Positions 1-10,195 of a stretch of DNA of 64,000 nucleotides are shown here, piece by piece. The notes under the pieces were generated by a model. It was not told the DNA's origin. It ran no database searches and worked only from the letters and a program-made list of their open reading frames with translations. The stretch is from positions 677 through 64,676 of the forward strand of contig JAZQWL010000020.1 of the NCBI GenBank assembly GCA_045632305.1. The letters are read 5' to 3'. The DNA is from Eubacteriales bacterium (lineage in GTDB: Bacteria > Bacillota > Clostridia > Oscillospirales > CAG-272). Numbering within the stretch: position 1 is the stretch's first letter; each line of letters starts with the position of its first letter. A program made the translations under genes and the position numbers.

Positions 1-2
1 TT

Positions 3-776
3 ATTTACGGTGACAAAAAAGAATACAGCAACATTCCCGACGACGCCCCCGTTGTTCTTGAGGTAAGAAACCTCAACAGGGGTAAGGAATTAAGAGACGT
101 AAGCTTCAAGCTTCGTCGCGGTGAGATCCTAGGCTTCTCGGGACTTATGGGCGCAGGTAGAACTGAAACAGCTCGTGCGATTTACGGTGCTGACCACTTC
201 AACAGCGGTGAGATCTACATCAACGGTAAAAAGGTCAACATCAAGACACCCAAGCAGGCAGTTCAGCACGGCATCTGCTATCTCTCCGAAGATAGAAAGA
301 GATACGGTCTCCTTCTCGACAAGTCGGTTGCGGAAAACTCCGCCCTCGCTTCCCTTGACGATTACATCAACGCAGGTTGGATCGACGATGCGACGATTGA
401 AAAAGACGCAAAAAGAGAAAACGCAAAGCTCAAGACGAAGACTCCGTCCATCAGACAGCTCACAAAGAACCTGTCCGGTGGTAATCAGCAGAAGGTAATT
501 ATCGCCCGCTGGCTTCTCAAGAATTCCGATATTTTTATTTTCGACGAGCCCACAAGAGGTATCGATATCGGAGCAAAAAGCGAAATGTACACGCTCATGG
601 AGGAACTCGCTTCTCAAGGTAAATCCGTAATCATGATTTCTTCTGAGCTTGCGGAAATTCAACGACTCAGCGACCGCGTCGTCGTCATGTGTGAAGGCCG
701 CATTACGGCAACACTCGACATCGAGGACGCAACCCAAGAAACAATTATGAAATATGCTACGATGAGGGAGGAATAA
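3..776 (+). CDS. Monosaccharide ABC transporter ATP-binding protein (RbsA/MglA family), 5'-truncated by window edge
   Basis: Frame is open from position 3 (IYGDKK...LEVRNL...GEILGFSGLMGAGRTE); second NBD has LSGGNQQK signature and FDEPTRGID Walker B. Confidence 0.93.
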   Translation: MYGDKKEYSNIPDDAPVVLEVRNLNRGKELRDVSFKLRRGEILGFSGLMGAGRTETARAIYGADHFNSGEIYINGKKVNIKTPKQAVQHGICYLSEDRKRYGLLLDKSVAENSALASLDDYINAGWIDDATIEKDAKRENAKLKTKTPSIRQLTKNLSGGNQQKVIIARWLLKNSDIFIFDEPTRGIDIGAKSEMYTLMEELASQGKSVIMISSELAEIQRLSDRVVVMCEGRITATLDIEDATQETIMKYATMREE

Positions 777-780
777 TACA

Positions 781-1974
781 ATGGCAAATTACAACGGCTT
801 CAAAAGAGGCTTAAGAAGAACCAAAAACAACTTCATAAACTTTTTGTCTACCAAAGGCAAGCAGAATCTTATCGTTGTCGGTGCCCTTATCGTACTTATT
901 GCGATATTCGGAATCTTCAACCCTAACTTCTTAGACAAGAGCAATATCGTAAGTATGACTCAGTCGCTCGCACCTTACGCTATCATGGCTCTCGGCGTTA
1001 CGTTCGTTATCGCAACAGGCGGTATCGACCTTTCAATCGGTACGGTATGTATCGCTTCCGCAGTTATTGCCGGCAAGCTTTACATGGAAGGCATGGCTCT
1101 TTGGGCTACAATTCCCGTAATGATTGCAATCGGTACACTCTTTGGTGTTATCAACGGACTTCTTATTGCGAAGCTTAAGCTTCCCGCATTTATCGCTACA
1201 CTCGGTACGATGATGCTCTCAAGAGGTCTTAGTGCAATCATCGCAGCTATTCCTAACATCTTCTATTTTTCAAGACCCGAAGACGACGGTGTTTGGTTCA
1301 AGAAACTTTTCTCTAACGCAAACGGAATCCCCACAGGTCTTTTCTGGGTTGTAGGCTTCGCTCTTATTTGCATGTACCTTATGTACAAGTGTAAGATCGG
1401 ACGCTACATACTCTCCATCGGTTCCAACGAAGAAGCAACTCGTCTCTCTGGTATCAACACCGACAAGTACAAAATCATCGCTTACACCATTGGCGGTATG
1501 GCTGCAGGTATCGCAGCTATCTTCTGGGCAGCATCCTTCCCCACAGTTGCAGCAGCAACAGGTAACGGTATGGAGCTTGACACAATCGCAGGTGTATACA
1601 TCGGCGGTACAAGTGCTGCAGGTGGCGTAGCATCCATCGCGGGCTCCGTAATCGGTAACATCATGCTCGTAGTTATCAGAAGCGGACTTAACTTCGTTCT
1701 TGCAAAGTTCAACCTCAACCTCAACTCCACATATGTTACATACGTTCTTACAGGTATCATCGTAGTTGTTGCGGTTCTCATGGACGTTCTCAAGAACAAA
1801 AATGCTGCCAAGGTTAAGATCGACACTCCCAAGATCGCAGCAAAGCGTGCTCGCAAGCAGGCTCTCGCAGACAAGGAAGAAGCTATCGACAATGTAATCG
1901 CTGACAAGACACTTACAAAAAATGAAAAGAACGCAAAGATTGCAGCTCTCGAAGCTGAAATAAAAGCTCTTTAA
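781..1974 (+). CDS. Monosaccharide ABC transporter permease (RbsC family), probably for fucose
   Basis: GGIDLSIG motif, IGSNEEATRLSGI EAA loop, multiple TM segments; upstream of fucI. Confidence 0.92.
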   Translation: MANYNGFKRGLRRTKNNFINFLSTKGKQNLIVVGALIVLIAIFGIFNPNFLDKSNIVSMTQSLAPYAIMALGVTFVIATGGIDLSIGTVCIASAVIAGKLYMEGMALWATIPVMIAIGTLFGVINGLLIAKLKLPAFIATLGTMMLSRGLSAIIAAIPNIFYFSRPEDDGVWFKKLFSNANGIPTGLFWVVGFALICMYLMYKCKIGRYILSIGSNEEATRLSGINTDKYKIIAYTIGGMAAGIAAIFWAASFPTVAAATGNGMELDTIAGVYIGGTSAAGGVASIAGSVIGNIMLVVIRSGLNFVLAKFNLNLNSTYVTYVLTGIIVVVAVLMDVLKNKNAAKVKIDTPKIAAKRARKQALADKEEAIDNVIADKTLTKNEKNAKIAALEAEIKAL

Positions 1975-2036
1975 AATCAAAATGTTACGGCATAGGCCGA
2001 GCAGATAAATAACCAAAATAATTTAGGAGGCACACT

Positions 2037-3083
2037 ATGAAAAAAGCATTATCCCTCATTCTTGCAATCGCATTGGTTATCACAGCAGTTGCAGCATTCG
2101 CAAGCTGTAACAAGAAAGAAGAGTCCGGCGAAAAGACAATCGCAGTTATCGCTAAGGGCGAGTCCCATGCATTCTGGCAGTCTGTAAAGGCAGGCGCAGA
2201 AGCAGCTGGCGCTAAGTACGGATACAAGATCACATTCCGTGGTCCCGCAAGCGAATCCGCTAAGGATCTTCCCTCTCAGATGGAAATGGTTCAGACAGCT
2301 ATCTCCAACAAGGCTGATGCTATCGTACTTGCAACTATCGGTACAGGTTTCGTTGATATGCTTAGCACAGCTAAGGACAACGGTACTCCCGTAGTTCACT
2401 TTGACTCCGGTATCTGGGCTGAAGATATCGCTGCTCTCGACAAGGCAGGTAAGAACCCCCTCGTTTCCCACGTTGCTACAAGTAACTACAAGGCAGCAGA
2501 GCTCGCAGCTGAAAAGTTCTTCGAAGCTATCAAGGCTGACATCGCTGCTTCTGACGGTTCTTACGTAGTTGGTATCATCCAGCACGACGAAACACAGACA
2601 GGTACAGACAGAGCAAAGGGATTTGAAGACAAGTTCAAGGCTCTCGCAGACGCTGATGCTACAACAAAGGGCAAGTACACAATCGCTAAGGAAGTTAAGC
2701 CCGGCGACGCTGACAATGCATATAAGACCGCTCTCGAAGCTCTCTACGAAAAGGGCGCAGACGCTATCTTCATGACAAACGAAGGCGTTGTTAAACAGGT
2801 TTACGATGCAATCGGCGCAGCTGGTACAAAGTACGACGCTATCAAGTTCTGCGGTTACGATGCAGGCTCCAAGCAGATCGAATGGATGAAGGCAACAACA
2901 GGTCCCAAGCTCGTTGGTGCTGTTGCTCAGGACTCCTACCAGATCGGTTACCAGGCAGTTGAACAGGCAATCTTCGCTCTTGAAGGCAAGACAGTAACAC
3001 CTTCCGTTGCTATCGCAGGCGCATGGTGGAATGCTGAAAACGTTGACAAGATGATTGCTGATAAGCTCGTTTACGAAGGCTAA
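2037..3083 (+). CDS. Sugar ABC transporter substrate-binding lipoprotein (RbsB-like)
   Basis: Lipoprotein signal (AAFASC), AKGESHAFWQSVKAGA start typical of periplasmic sugar-binding proteins, AGGAGG RBS. Confidence 0.92.
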   Translation: MKKALSLILAIALVITAVAAFASCNKKEESGEKTIAVIAKGESHAFWQSVKAGAEAAGAKYGYKITFRGPASESAKDLPSQMEMVQTAISNKADAIVLATIGTGFVDMLSTAKDNGTPVVHFDSGIWAEDIAALDKAGKNPLVSHVATSNYKAAELAAEKFFEAIKADIAASDGSYVVGIIQHDETQTGTDRAKGFEDKFKALADADATTKGKYTIAKEVKPGDADNAYKTALEALYEKGADAIFMTNEGVVKQVYDAIGAAGTKYDAIKFCGYDAGSKQIEWMKATTGPKLVGAVAQDSYQIGYQAVEQAIFALEGKTVTPSVAIAGAWWNAENVDKMIADKLVYEG

Positions 3084-3132
3084 TTTCAAATTTTAATTAA
3101 CAGTAATAAAAACTGAATAATTAAACTTTACG

Positions 3133-3162
3133 AGTCCCTCCCTGTCTTGGCAGGGAGGGACT
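3133..3162 (+). terminator. GC-rich 12-bp stem-loop after the binding-protein gene (weak terminator or mRNA stabiliser)
   Basis: agtccctccctg-tcttgg-cagggagggact; only a short T run follows. Confidence 0.55.
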
Positions 3163-3251
3163 TTGAAGTAGAGTGGCTACTCCCTAAATTAACTAAATTT
3201 AACTCGAGATCAAACAAATTGAAATAAATATAAAATTGGAGGAAAAAATTT

Positions 3252-5054
3252 ATGGCACAGAACAGATACATCGGCGATTACCCCGTAATCGGTATCCGTC
3301 CCACAATTGACGGTCGTCGCGGTCCCCTCAAGGTTCGTGAAAGTCTTGAAGATCAGACAATGGCAATGGCAGAGGCCGCTAAGAAGCTCTTTGAGGAAAA
3401 CCTTTGCTACTCCAACGGCGAACCCGTAAAGGTTGTTATCGCTGACACAACAATCGGTCGTGTTGCTGAAAGTGCAGCATGCGCAGCTAAGTTCAAGAAG
3501 GAAGGCGTAGACATCACACTTACAGTTACTCCCTGCTGGTGCTACGGCTCCGAAACAATGGATATGGATCCCCTCACAATCAAGGGTGTTTGGGGCTTTA
3601 ACGGTACAGAACGTCCCGGCGCAGTTTACCTCGCTTCCGTTCTCGCTACACACGCTCAGAAGGGTCTTCCCGCGTTCGGCATTTACGGACACGACGTACA
3701 GAACCTTGACGAAGTAACAAACATTCCTGCTGACGTTCAGGAAAAGCTTCTCCGCTTCGGTCGCGCTGCAGTTGCAGTTGCTACAATGAGAGGTAAGTCC
3801 TACCTCCAGATCGGTTCCATTTGTATGGGTATCGGCGGCTCTATCATCGATCCCGCATTTATCGAAGAATATCTCGGCATGAGAGTTGAATCCGTTGACG
3901 AGGTTGAAATTATCAGAAGAATGAGCGAAGGCATCTACGATGCAGCTGAAGTTGAAAGAGCTAAGGCATGGATCAAGGATCACTGCAAGGAAGGTTGGGA
4001 CAAGAACCCCGAATTCGTTAGAACTTCCGATGAAAAGAAGGCAGAACAGTGGGACTTCCTCGCAAAGATGTACTGCATTATTAAGGACCTTATGAACGGT
4101 AACCCCAACCTTCCCGAAGGTTGCGAAGAAGAAATGGTTGGTCACAATGCAATCGCAGCGGGCTTCCAGGGTCAGAGACAGTGGACAGACTTCTATCCCA
4201 ACTGCGACTTCCCCGAAGCACTCCTCAACTCCTCCTTCGACCACAACGGTGCTCGTGAGCCCTACATTCTCGCTACAGAAAACGACGTTCTCAACGGTCT
4301 TGGCATGCTCTTCATGAAGTTGCTTACAAACCGCGCTCAGATGTTCTCCGACGTAAGAACATACTGGTCTCCCGAAGCTTGCAAGAGAGCTTCCGGTTAC
4401 GAAGTAACAGGCGTAGCTAAGGAAAACGGCGGTTTCATCCACCTTATCAACTCCGGTGCTACAGCTCTTGACGCTTGTGGCGAATGCCGCGACGAAAACG
4501 GCAATGCAGTTATGAAGAAGTGGTGGGAAGTTACAGACGCTGACATCGAAACAATGACAGCAGCTACAACATGGCCCGCAGCTGACAACGGCTACTTCAG
4601 AGGCGGCGGATTCTCCTCCTCCTTCACAACAAGAGCAGAAATGCCCGCTACAATGATCAGACTTAACCTCGTTAAGGGCCTCGGTCCCGTTCTTCAGATC
4701 GCTGAAGGTTGGACAGTTCAGCTTCCCGACGACGTTACAAAGACACTTATGATGCGTACAGACCCCACATGGCCTTGCACATGGTTCGCTCCTCGTTGCG
4801 ACGGTAAGGAAGGTTCTCCCTTCAAGACTGCGTACGAAGTAATGAACAACTGGGGTGCTAACCACGGCGCTATCTCCTACGGTCACATCGGTGCAGACCT
4901 CATTACAATGTGCTCTATGCTCCGTATTCCCGTATGCATGCACAACGTTCCCACAGAGGACATCTTCCGTCCCGCAGCTTGGAACGCATTCGGCATGGAT
5001 AAGGAAGGCCAGGACTACCGCGCTTGCGAAACTTACGGTCCTATGTATAAGTAA
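3252..5054 (+). CDS. fucI: L-fucose isomerase
   Basis: [44 protein letters not shown] motifs; 600 aa. Confidence 0.97.
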   Translation: MAQNRYIGDYPVIGIRPTIDGRRGPLKVRESLEDQTMAMAEAAKKLFEENLCYSNGEPVKVVIADTTIGRVAESAACAAKFKKEGVDITLTVTPCWCYGSETMDMDPLTIKGVWGFNGTERPGAVYLASVLATHAQKGLPAFGIYGHDVQNLDEVTNIPADVQEKLLRFGRAAVAVATMRGKSYLQIGSICMGIGGSIIDPAFIEEYLGMRVESVDEVEIIRRMSEGIYDAAEVERAKAWIKDHCKEGWDKNPEFVRTSDEKKAEQWDFLAKMYCIIKDLMNGNPNLPEGCEEEMVGHNAIAAGFQGQRQWTDFYPNCDFPEALLNSSFDHNGAREPYILATENDVLNGLGMLFMKLLTNRAQMFSDVRTYWSPEACKRASGYEVTGVAKENGGFIHLINSGATALDACGECRDENGNAVMKKWWEVTDADIETMTAATTWPAADNGYFRGGGFSSSFTTRAEMPATMIRLNLVKGLGPVLQIAEGWTVQLPDDVTKTLMMRTDPTWPCTWFAPRCDGKEGSPFKTAYEVMNNWGANHGAISYGHIGADLITMCSMLRIPVCMHNVPTEDIFRPAAWNAFGMDKEGQDYRACETYGPMYK

Positions 5055-5067
5055 TATACAAAAATTT

Positions 5068-5096
5068 GGGAGGAGCTTTCAGCTCCTCCCTTTTTT
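5068..5096 (+). terminator. Rho-independent terminator of fucI
   Basis: gggaggagct-ttc-agctcctccc followed by T6. Confidence 0.85.
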
Positions 5097-5122
5097 GTGC
5101 CATCCTGTACTCTGCGCTCAAC

Positions 5123-5234
5123 GGGCGATTTTTGAATCGCCCCTGCGGACGGCGGCACCCGGGCACCACCCTGCAATTTTGCATTCTGCGCTCCATCCGT
5201 TACAAAAACGGGCAGATATAGAATCTGCCCCTAC
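5123..5234 (-). repeat. Pair of REP-like palindromes (G(T/C)AG-GGGC...GCCC type)
   Basis: Minus strand GCAGGGGCGATTCAAAAATCGCCC (5123-5146) and GTAGGGGCAGATTCTATATCTGCCC (5210-5234). Confidence 0.6.
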
Positions 5235-5252
5235 AATTCTTCATTTGGCACC

Positions 5253-5285
5253 AAAAAGAACCCGAGCCAAGCTCGGGTTCTTTTG
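5253..5285 (-). terminator. Bidirectional terminator closing the Ig-lipoprotein unit
   Basis: aaaaagaacccgagc-caa-gctcgggttcttttt. Confidence 0.85.
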
Positions 5286-5296
5286 TTTGTTAATTA

Positions 5297-8200
5297 TTAC
5301 TTGTGAACGTATTTAAGCGAAATAGCTGCACCACCGTAGTAAAGTGTGATGTAATCACCCATATAGAATTCTGCGCCGGGCTTTGTGAGTTGTTTATCAA
5401 CATAACATCCGGTCTGACCGTCAGTATACGCGGTGCTGAACAAAGGCGCATTAAGCTGGGGATGAGTAGACGTTACGATAGTCTGGAATATGGGAGCTCC
5501 CGAAGATACATACTCGTCAAGCACGGGGTTAGCAAACGTGCCGAGAGTAGTTATCTTACCGCCGCCAAGATCTGTAACGTTTATCGGAGAGTGTGTCTTC
5601 ATAACGGGCTCGCCGTCAATTACAAGAGAAGCGTTACACATATCACCGTTAAGCGACATGCCTTCACCCGCCATAGCAACCATTATCATTGTAATCGTTT
5701 CAACGCCCTGGATCTGATCTGTGGATGTAAATCCGTGAGGACCACCGGGTCCGCTGATAAGCGAGCTCATTGCTCTGATCTGAGCCGCGAGCTGTGTCTG
5801 ACCTACTGCTACGAACCATGCCTCCTGACCTGTTACGTGAGTATAAACGTCGGATTTACCTGTTATATTTACCTCTGCGCCCGAGGTCTTATTGTAGTTT
5901 TCATTATAGTGAGGCGCCTGAACAAGAATTACAGGACCACCGCACTTGCCGAGAAGCGAGTCATTGATATTAACCTTGAGGTTTTCAATGTATCCCCAAG
6001 TAGCTTCATTTGTACCGCCACAGTCATCCTGATGCTCATTTTCATTCCAGAGGAAGAGATGTCCCTGCCATGCATTGTAGAGCTTACAATCGTCAAGGTT
6101 GAGTGTAGAGTTCACTTCTTCTACGATAATAGATGTCATAAACGCATCAATGTTTACGTTATGCATATTAGTAACGTTCTCACCAACCTTATAGCTGGTA
6201 AGACCTCTCATATGTCTTTCGGAAGCGGACTGGTCGTTAGAGTTGGGGTCATTATCTCTTGTAGCGATATCCTGAATATTAACTACGAACTGTTCGAAGG
6301 GCTTAGACTTGCCTGCCAATGCTTCAGTTCTGATACTGCTATCTGCAGTGTCATTAAGTCTGATCTTGAAAAGGTCGGACGATGAATATTCGTCAGGGTT
6401 GTTTGCAACGCCCTTAGGTGTTACGGTAGGAACGTTATACGAGTAAACCGTAAAGTAGTTACCGTAGATGGAGAAGGTCTTCTGATTCATATCGAGATTT
6501 CTCCAGAACAAGCCAAGCTGGTCGTAAATACCCTGCTTTACGCCATTAGAATCCGTGTAAACGTATTCGGGAGGAATATCATCCTCGCCAACGTCAAGAT
6601 TGCCGTGAATAACGATAGCTGCGAGTGTAGAAGGTCTTGTTACGCCCTTGCTTGCAAGGAACTTGTCAACAACCTCAACCTGGTTGATTGCATTAGCTTT
6701 ACCAAAGCATTCCTGTGTAATATCACGGGAAACGTTCGTCATAACGTTAAGCTCCCATGCTTCGTAAACGTTATAACCGTCAACGATCGTTACCGTATAT
6801 TCCTTTGTAACGCTAGCTTCATCAATGTAGCTGGACGAGTCCGCAGGACGAATAACGATTCTGAACGTGTGACCAATAGCAGCTTCTGTAAAGTCATACG
6901 AATTGTTGATGGAATCAAATTCTACCCATGTCGGGAGCTCTTCTTTTGTAAGGGGTGTGGACGAGCCGTCCTTATAAATAGTAGCCGAGGTAGGAATTGT
7001 CTTACCGTCTACGTCAATGATGTTATCGTTAGCATCAAGAAGAATAACGTCAAGATAGAAGTTGAAAGGATTGTCATCACCTACGTAATAGGGACTGCTA
7101 TCATCCTTGAAGTTGCCCTTGTAGCTTTCTCTTGTAACAAGAGCATCGGGAAGAAGCGCACCGAAGATAAGGCCGTCTACGGTAGGAGCTTCAACTACTG
7201 TAATAGTCATTGTATCCTTAACACCCGAATATTCAACCTCAAGTGTTGCCTTACCTACAAAGAAGGTGTTTACATCACCAACCTTGAGCGCAGGATTATC
7301 TCTCTTTACGTAAATATATGTTCCGTCGTCGTACGTTACCTTAACGGAAATGTTGGACGTATCAACCTTCATACCAACGTATGCCTTGGGGAATACGCTT
7401 TCTTCTACGATTTCAACCGACGTAATTCCTCTTACGATTACGTTTACAACAGTTGTAAAGTTATATTCCTTAACTTCCTTCTGAGAAACCGCGTCTATGT
7501 AGGTGAAATACGAAATGCCGTCGCAATAAACGAAGGAAATTGCCTTTGTGCCCGCGGAGCTTGTATCAAACTTTGCGGGAGTGATCTTAATATACTTATC
7601 TGTGAACGGAACACGGTAAACGTCACCGTTATCATAGTATACGGAAAGCTTCATATCCGCGTAATTAAATGCGCCGCCCTGGAAAACGAGAGCGGGAACC
7701 GTGTCGTTAAGCGCGGAAATACGAACTACCTTGATCTGTGTCAAGGGCATGGATGCAGTAAGGTTCTCAAGATAGGTTACCTTGAAGCTTGTAGAGCCGG
7801 CTTCGTAGCCCGCAAAGGTTACGCCCTGAAGCTCGCTTGCCTTAACCTGTCTGTGAGCGCCGTCTGTGTATTCAATATCAAGAACGAGTTTAGAATAATC
7901 AAGTGCATAACCCGCTCTGATGCTATTGCTTACGCCACTGAAAATGGAAATGGACTTTTCTGCAATTACCTTATAAGAAACCGATATGGACGAGCCGTTA
8001 TAAGTAATTGTAAGGGACTTATCGCCGCCTGTTGAGGTGTCGGGCTTGGAGATCGTCAACTTGTCTGCGTTAACGTAAACCATGGATGTATGCGTACCGT
8101 CAGAATATGTTACTTTTACCTGAGCGCCCGACGTATCAAGCGTATCACCTCTGTATACAGAGGATGCAATACCGCCGACAAGCTCGATGTTAGAAATGGG

Positions 8201-9952
8201 AAGGATCGCTACGTCAACCTCATCTGTCTTGCCCTCATAGGTTGCCTTAAGCTTAACGTTTCCTGCAACGTTAGTTGCAACGTCTGTAAGTGTGAAGCCC
8301 GTGATCTTTTCAGACGAGCCGTTAGCGTATACCGCGTAAACGTTTACGCTGCTTGTGTTGAACGTACCGTTCAGAACTACCGACTTCTGCCAGCTTCTGA
8401 TTTCAATTCCAACAAGCTGGGGAGCTGTTGTGGAAATAATTACGTTCGCGTTAATTCCGTTATAGGATACAACGAGAATCTTGTCTTCCTCGCTGTTAAT
8501 ATCAAGACTGTCTACGTTTGTTGTAACACCGCTTGTAAGCAATACCTCGGTCTCATCGGCGTCATTGTAAACGCCGTAAACCTTCATGTTAGAAAGATCA
8601 ATGGGCTGACCTGCGGGAACAACTCTGTTTACGTCTTCAACACGGAGGGATGTAATAGTACAAACCTTAACCGCATACTGGATCGTCTTACCAAGATAAG
8701 TTACGGAAAGGTTCTGATTTCCCGCAACGGAGGAATCGAATGCGCCGAGAGTAAGCTCGGATGCACCCACAACGCTCTGTGTACCGTCTGTATAAGTAAC
8801 GAGCGCCTTGATACCTGACGTATTGAGTGTTGTGCCTATAAGAATTTCCGCATTAATGGAATCCTCTACGACCTCAATGTCCGCAACACCAACAACCTCG
8901 ATTTCAACGGATGTTGTAAGTCCTGCGTAGGAAACTGTAAGATTCTTCTTACCTGCGCTTGCAGTATCAAGCTGACCAAGTGTAAGATCAGCAGCTGTAA
9001 GCGATGTCTGCGTGCCATCACTGAAAGTAAGAACTGCAGTAATGTTAGGAGCGGCATACGCGGAGTTTACCTTTACCTTTTCATCATAAGAGCCCTTATT
9101 TACCGCAACGGATACAACGCCTACAACCTCAACCTCGTAAGTATAGGTTACACCCTTATATACGATTTCAAGATTCTTCTTGCCGTATGTTGTTGTGTCA
9201 ATAGTACCGATAGTAAGAGCTGCGCCCTCAGCGATCTCTTCCTTGCCGTCAGCATAAGTTACGACCAACTGAAGCTTGCTTGTATCAAGAGCTTCGCCTA
9301 CGTTGATCTTCTTAGCTACAGAGCCGGTAACTACCTGCGCGCCTGTAATTCCGAAAACCTCGTATTCAACGCTTGCCTTGATCTCGGGGTTAGCTGTATA
9401 TGTTACAGTAAACGTATACTTGCCTGCAACCGACGTGTCAACCGTTGTGTATGTGTATTCAGAAGGATCAAGTGCGTCCTTTGTACCGTCGCTGTAAACC
9501 GCTTCGACCTGAAGCTTTGTTATATCGGGTATCTGACCGAGATGATATCCCTTGTCAAACGAACCCTCAAGAATGTTAATGTTTGTAACATATCTTGTAG
9601 CAATGGGGTCAACTACCATTACTTTAATCTTAACGGAAATTTCTCCGTATGTTACGGTAATATACTTTTCACCCGCTGTCATCGTGTCAAGCTCTGTAAC
9701 AGTTACGTCTGCAAAGCCGATTTCCTTTGTTGTGCCGTCATTGAACGTAACCTTTACCTTAATTCCCGAAAAATCGGGAGTAGAACCCATATTGATCTGG
9801 GTAGGAATTGTGCCTTCGACAACCTCGATGCTCTTGATACCGTTTGCAACAACGTCACCCTCGTTACCGTCATCGGGCTTGTTGGAGCATGCAGCAAAGC
9901 AAAGAACTGCCGCAAGCAACAATGTAATCAAAATTAATAACTTGTTTTTCAC
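5297..9952 (-). CDS. Large surface lipoprotein: 11 tandem bacterial Ig-like (Big_3-type) repeats plus an uncharacterised ~620-aa C-terminal domain
   Basis: Lipobox FAAC (Cys22); eleven ~80-aa repeats with V-x-Y-x-D-G and DT-x-x-A-G...V-x-Y motifs; GTG start with AAGGAG RBS. Confidence 0.85.
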   Translation of the reverse strand: MKNKLLILITLLLAAVLCFAACSNKPDDGNEGDVVANGIKSIEVVEGTIPTQINMGSTPDFSGIKVKVTFNDGTTKEIGFADVTVTELDTMTAGEKYITVTYGEISVKIKVMVVDPIATRYVTNINILEGSFDKGYHLGQIPDITKLQVEAVYSDGTKDALDPSEYTYTTVDTSVAGKYTFTVTYTANPEIKASVEYEVFGITGAQVVTGSVAKKINVGEALDTSKLQLVVTYADGKEEIAEGAALTIGTIDTTTYGKKNLEIVYKGVTYTYEVEVVGVVSVAVNKGSYDEKVKVNSAYAAPNITAVLTFSDGTQTSLTAADLTLGQLDTASAGKKNLTVSYAGLTTSVEIEVVGVADIEVVEDSINAEILIGTTLNTSGIKALVTYTDGTQSVVGASELTLGAFDSSVAGNQNLSVTYLGKTIQYAVKVCTITSLRVEDVNRVVPAGQPIDLSNMKVYGVYNDADETEVLLTSGVTTNVDSLDINSEEDKILVVSYNGINANVIISTTAPQLVGIEIRSWQKSVVLNGTFNTSSVNVYAVYANGSSEKITGFTLTDVATNVAGNVKLKATYEGKTDEVDVAILPISNIELVGGIASSVYRGDTLDTSGAQVKVTYSDGTHTSMVYVNADKLTISKPDTSTGGDKSLTITYNGSSISVSYKVIAEKSISIFSGVSNSIRAGYALDYSKLVLDIEYTDGAHRQVKASELQGVTFAGYEAGSTSFKVTYLENLTASMPLTQIKVVRISALNDTVPALVFQGGAFNYADMKLSVYYDNGDVYRVPFTDKYIKITPAKFDTSSAGTKAISFVYCDGISYFTYIDAVSQKEVKEYNFTTVVNVIVRGITSVEIVEESVFPKAYVGMKVDTSNISVKVTYDDGTYIYVKRDNPALKVGDVNTFFVGKATLEVEYSGVKDTMTITVVEAPTVDGLIFGALLPDALVTRESYKGNFKDDSSPYYVGDDNPFNFYLDVILLDANDNIIDVDGKTIPTSATIYKDGSSTPLTKEELPTWVEFDSINNSYDFTEAAIGHTFRIVIRPADSSSYIDEASVTKEYTVTIVDGYNVYEAWELNVMTNVSRDITQECFGKANAINQVEVVDKFLASKGVTRPSTLAAIVIHGNLDVGEDDIPPEYVYTDSNGVKQGIYDQLGLFWRNLDMNQKTFSIYGNYFTVYSYNVPTVTPKGVANNPDEYSSSDLFKIRLNDTADSSIRTEALAGKSKPFEQFVVNIQDIATRDNDPNSNDQSASERHMRGLTSYKVGENVTNMHNVNIDAFMTSIIVEEVNSTLNLDDCKLYNAWQGHLFLWNENEHQDDCGGTNEATWGYIENLKVNINDSLLGKCGGPVILVQAPHYNENYNKTSGAEVNITGKSDVYTHVTGQEAWFVAVGQTQLAAQIRAMSSLISGPGGPHGFTSTDQIQGVETITMIMVAMAGEGMSLNGDMCNASLVIDGEPVMKTHSPINVTDLGGGKITTLGTFANPVLDEYVSSGAPIFQTIVTSTHPQLNAPLFSTAYTDGQTGCYVDKQLTKPGAEFYMGDYITLYYGGAAISLKYVHK

Positions 9953-10048
9953 CTTTCAAATTCTCCTTTCAACAATACGTTTAAAAATCACGCGTTTGTT
10001 TTCTGGTCTTTCTTCAAAGCATAAATTGTATAAAGTTTATTTTAAAAT

Positions 10049-10112
10049 CGTTGGAACAAAATAAATCGTTGGAGCAAATATATTTAAAATAAAATATATT
10101 ACGTTGGAGCAA
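10049..10112. repeat. Three 11-bp direct repeats CGTTGG(A/G)-type upstream of the large lipoprotein gene
   Basis: cgttggaacaa 10049-10059, cgttggagcaa 10067-10077 and 10102-10112. Confidence 0.7.
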
Positions 10113-10195
10113 TGCGCGACCATCTCGCGCGGGATATCTCAACACCTTCCCTTCCGCATAGAATTTTATTTGATAAGTTTATGTGCGCGCCTCGG

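Noticed and set aside
4855-5316. 153-aa ORF spanning the fucI end
   Set aside because: Crosses two terminators and REP-like repeats
10049-10112. Possible mini-CRISPR array
   Set aside because: Repeats are only 11 bp with irregular 7- and 24-bp gaps; no cas genes
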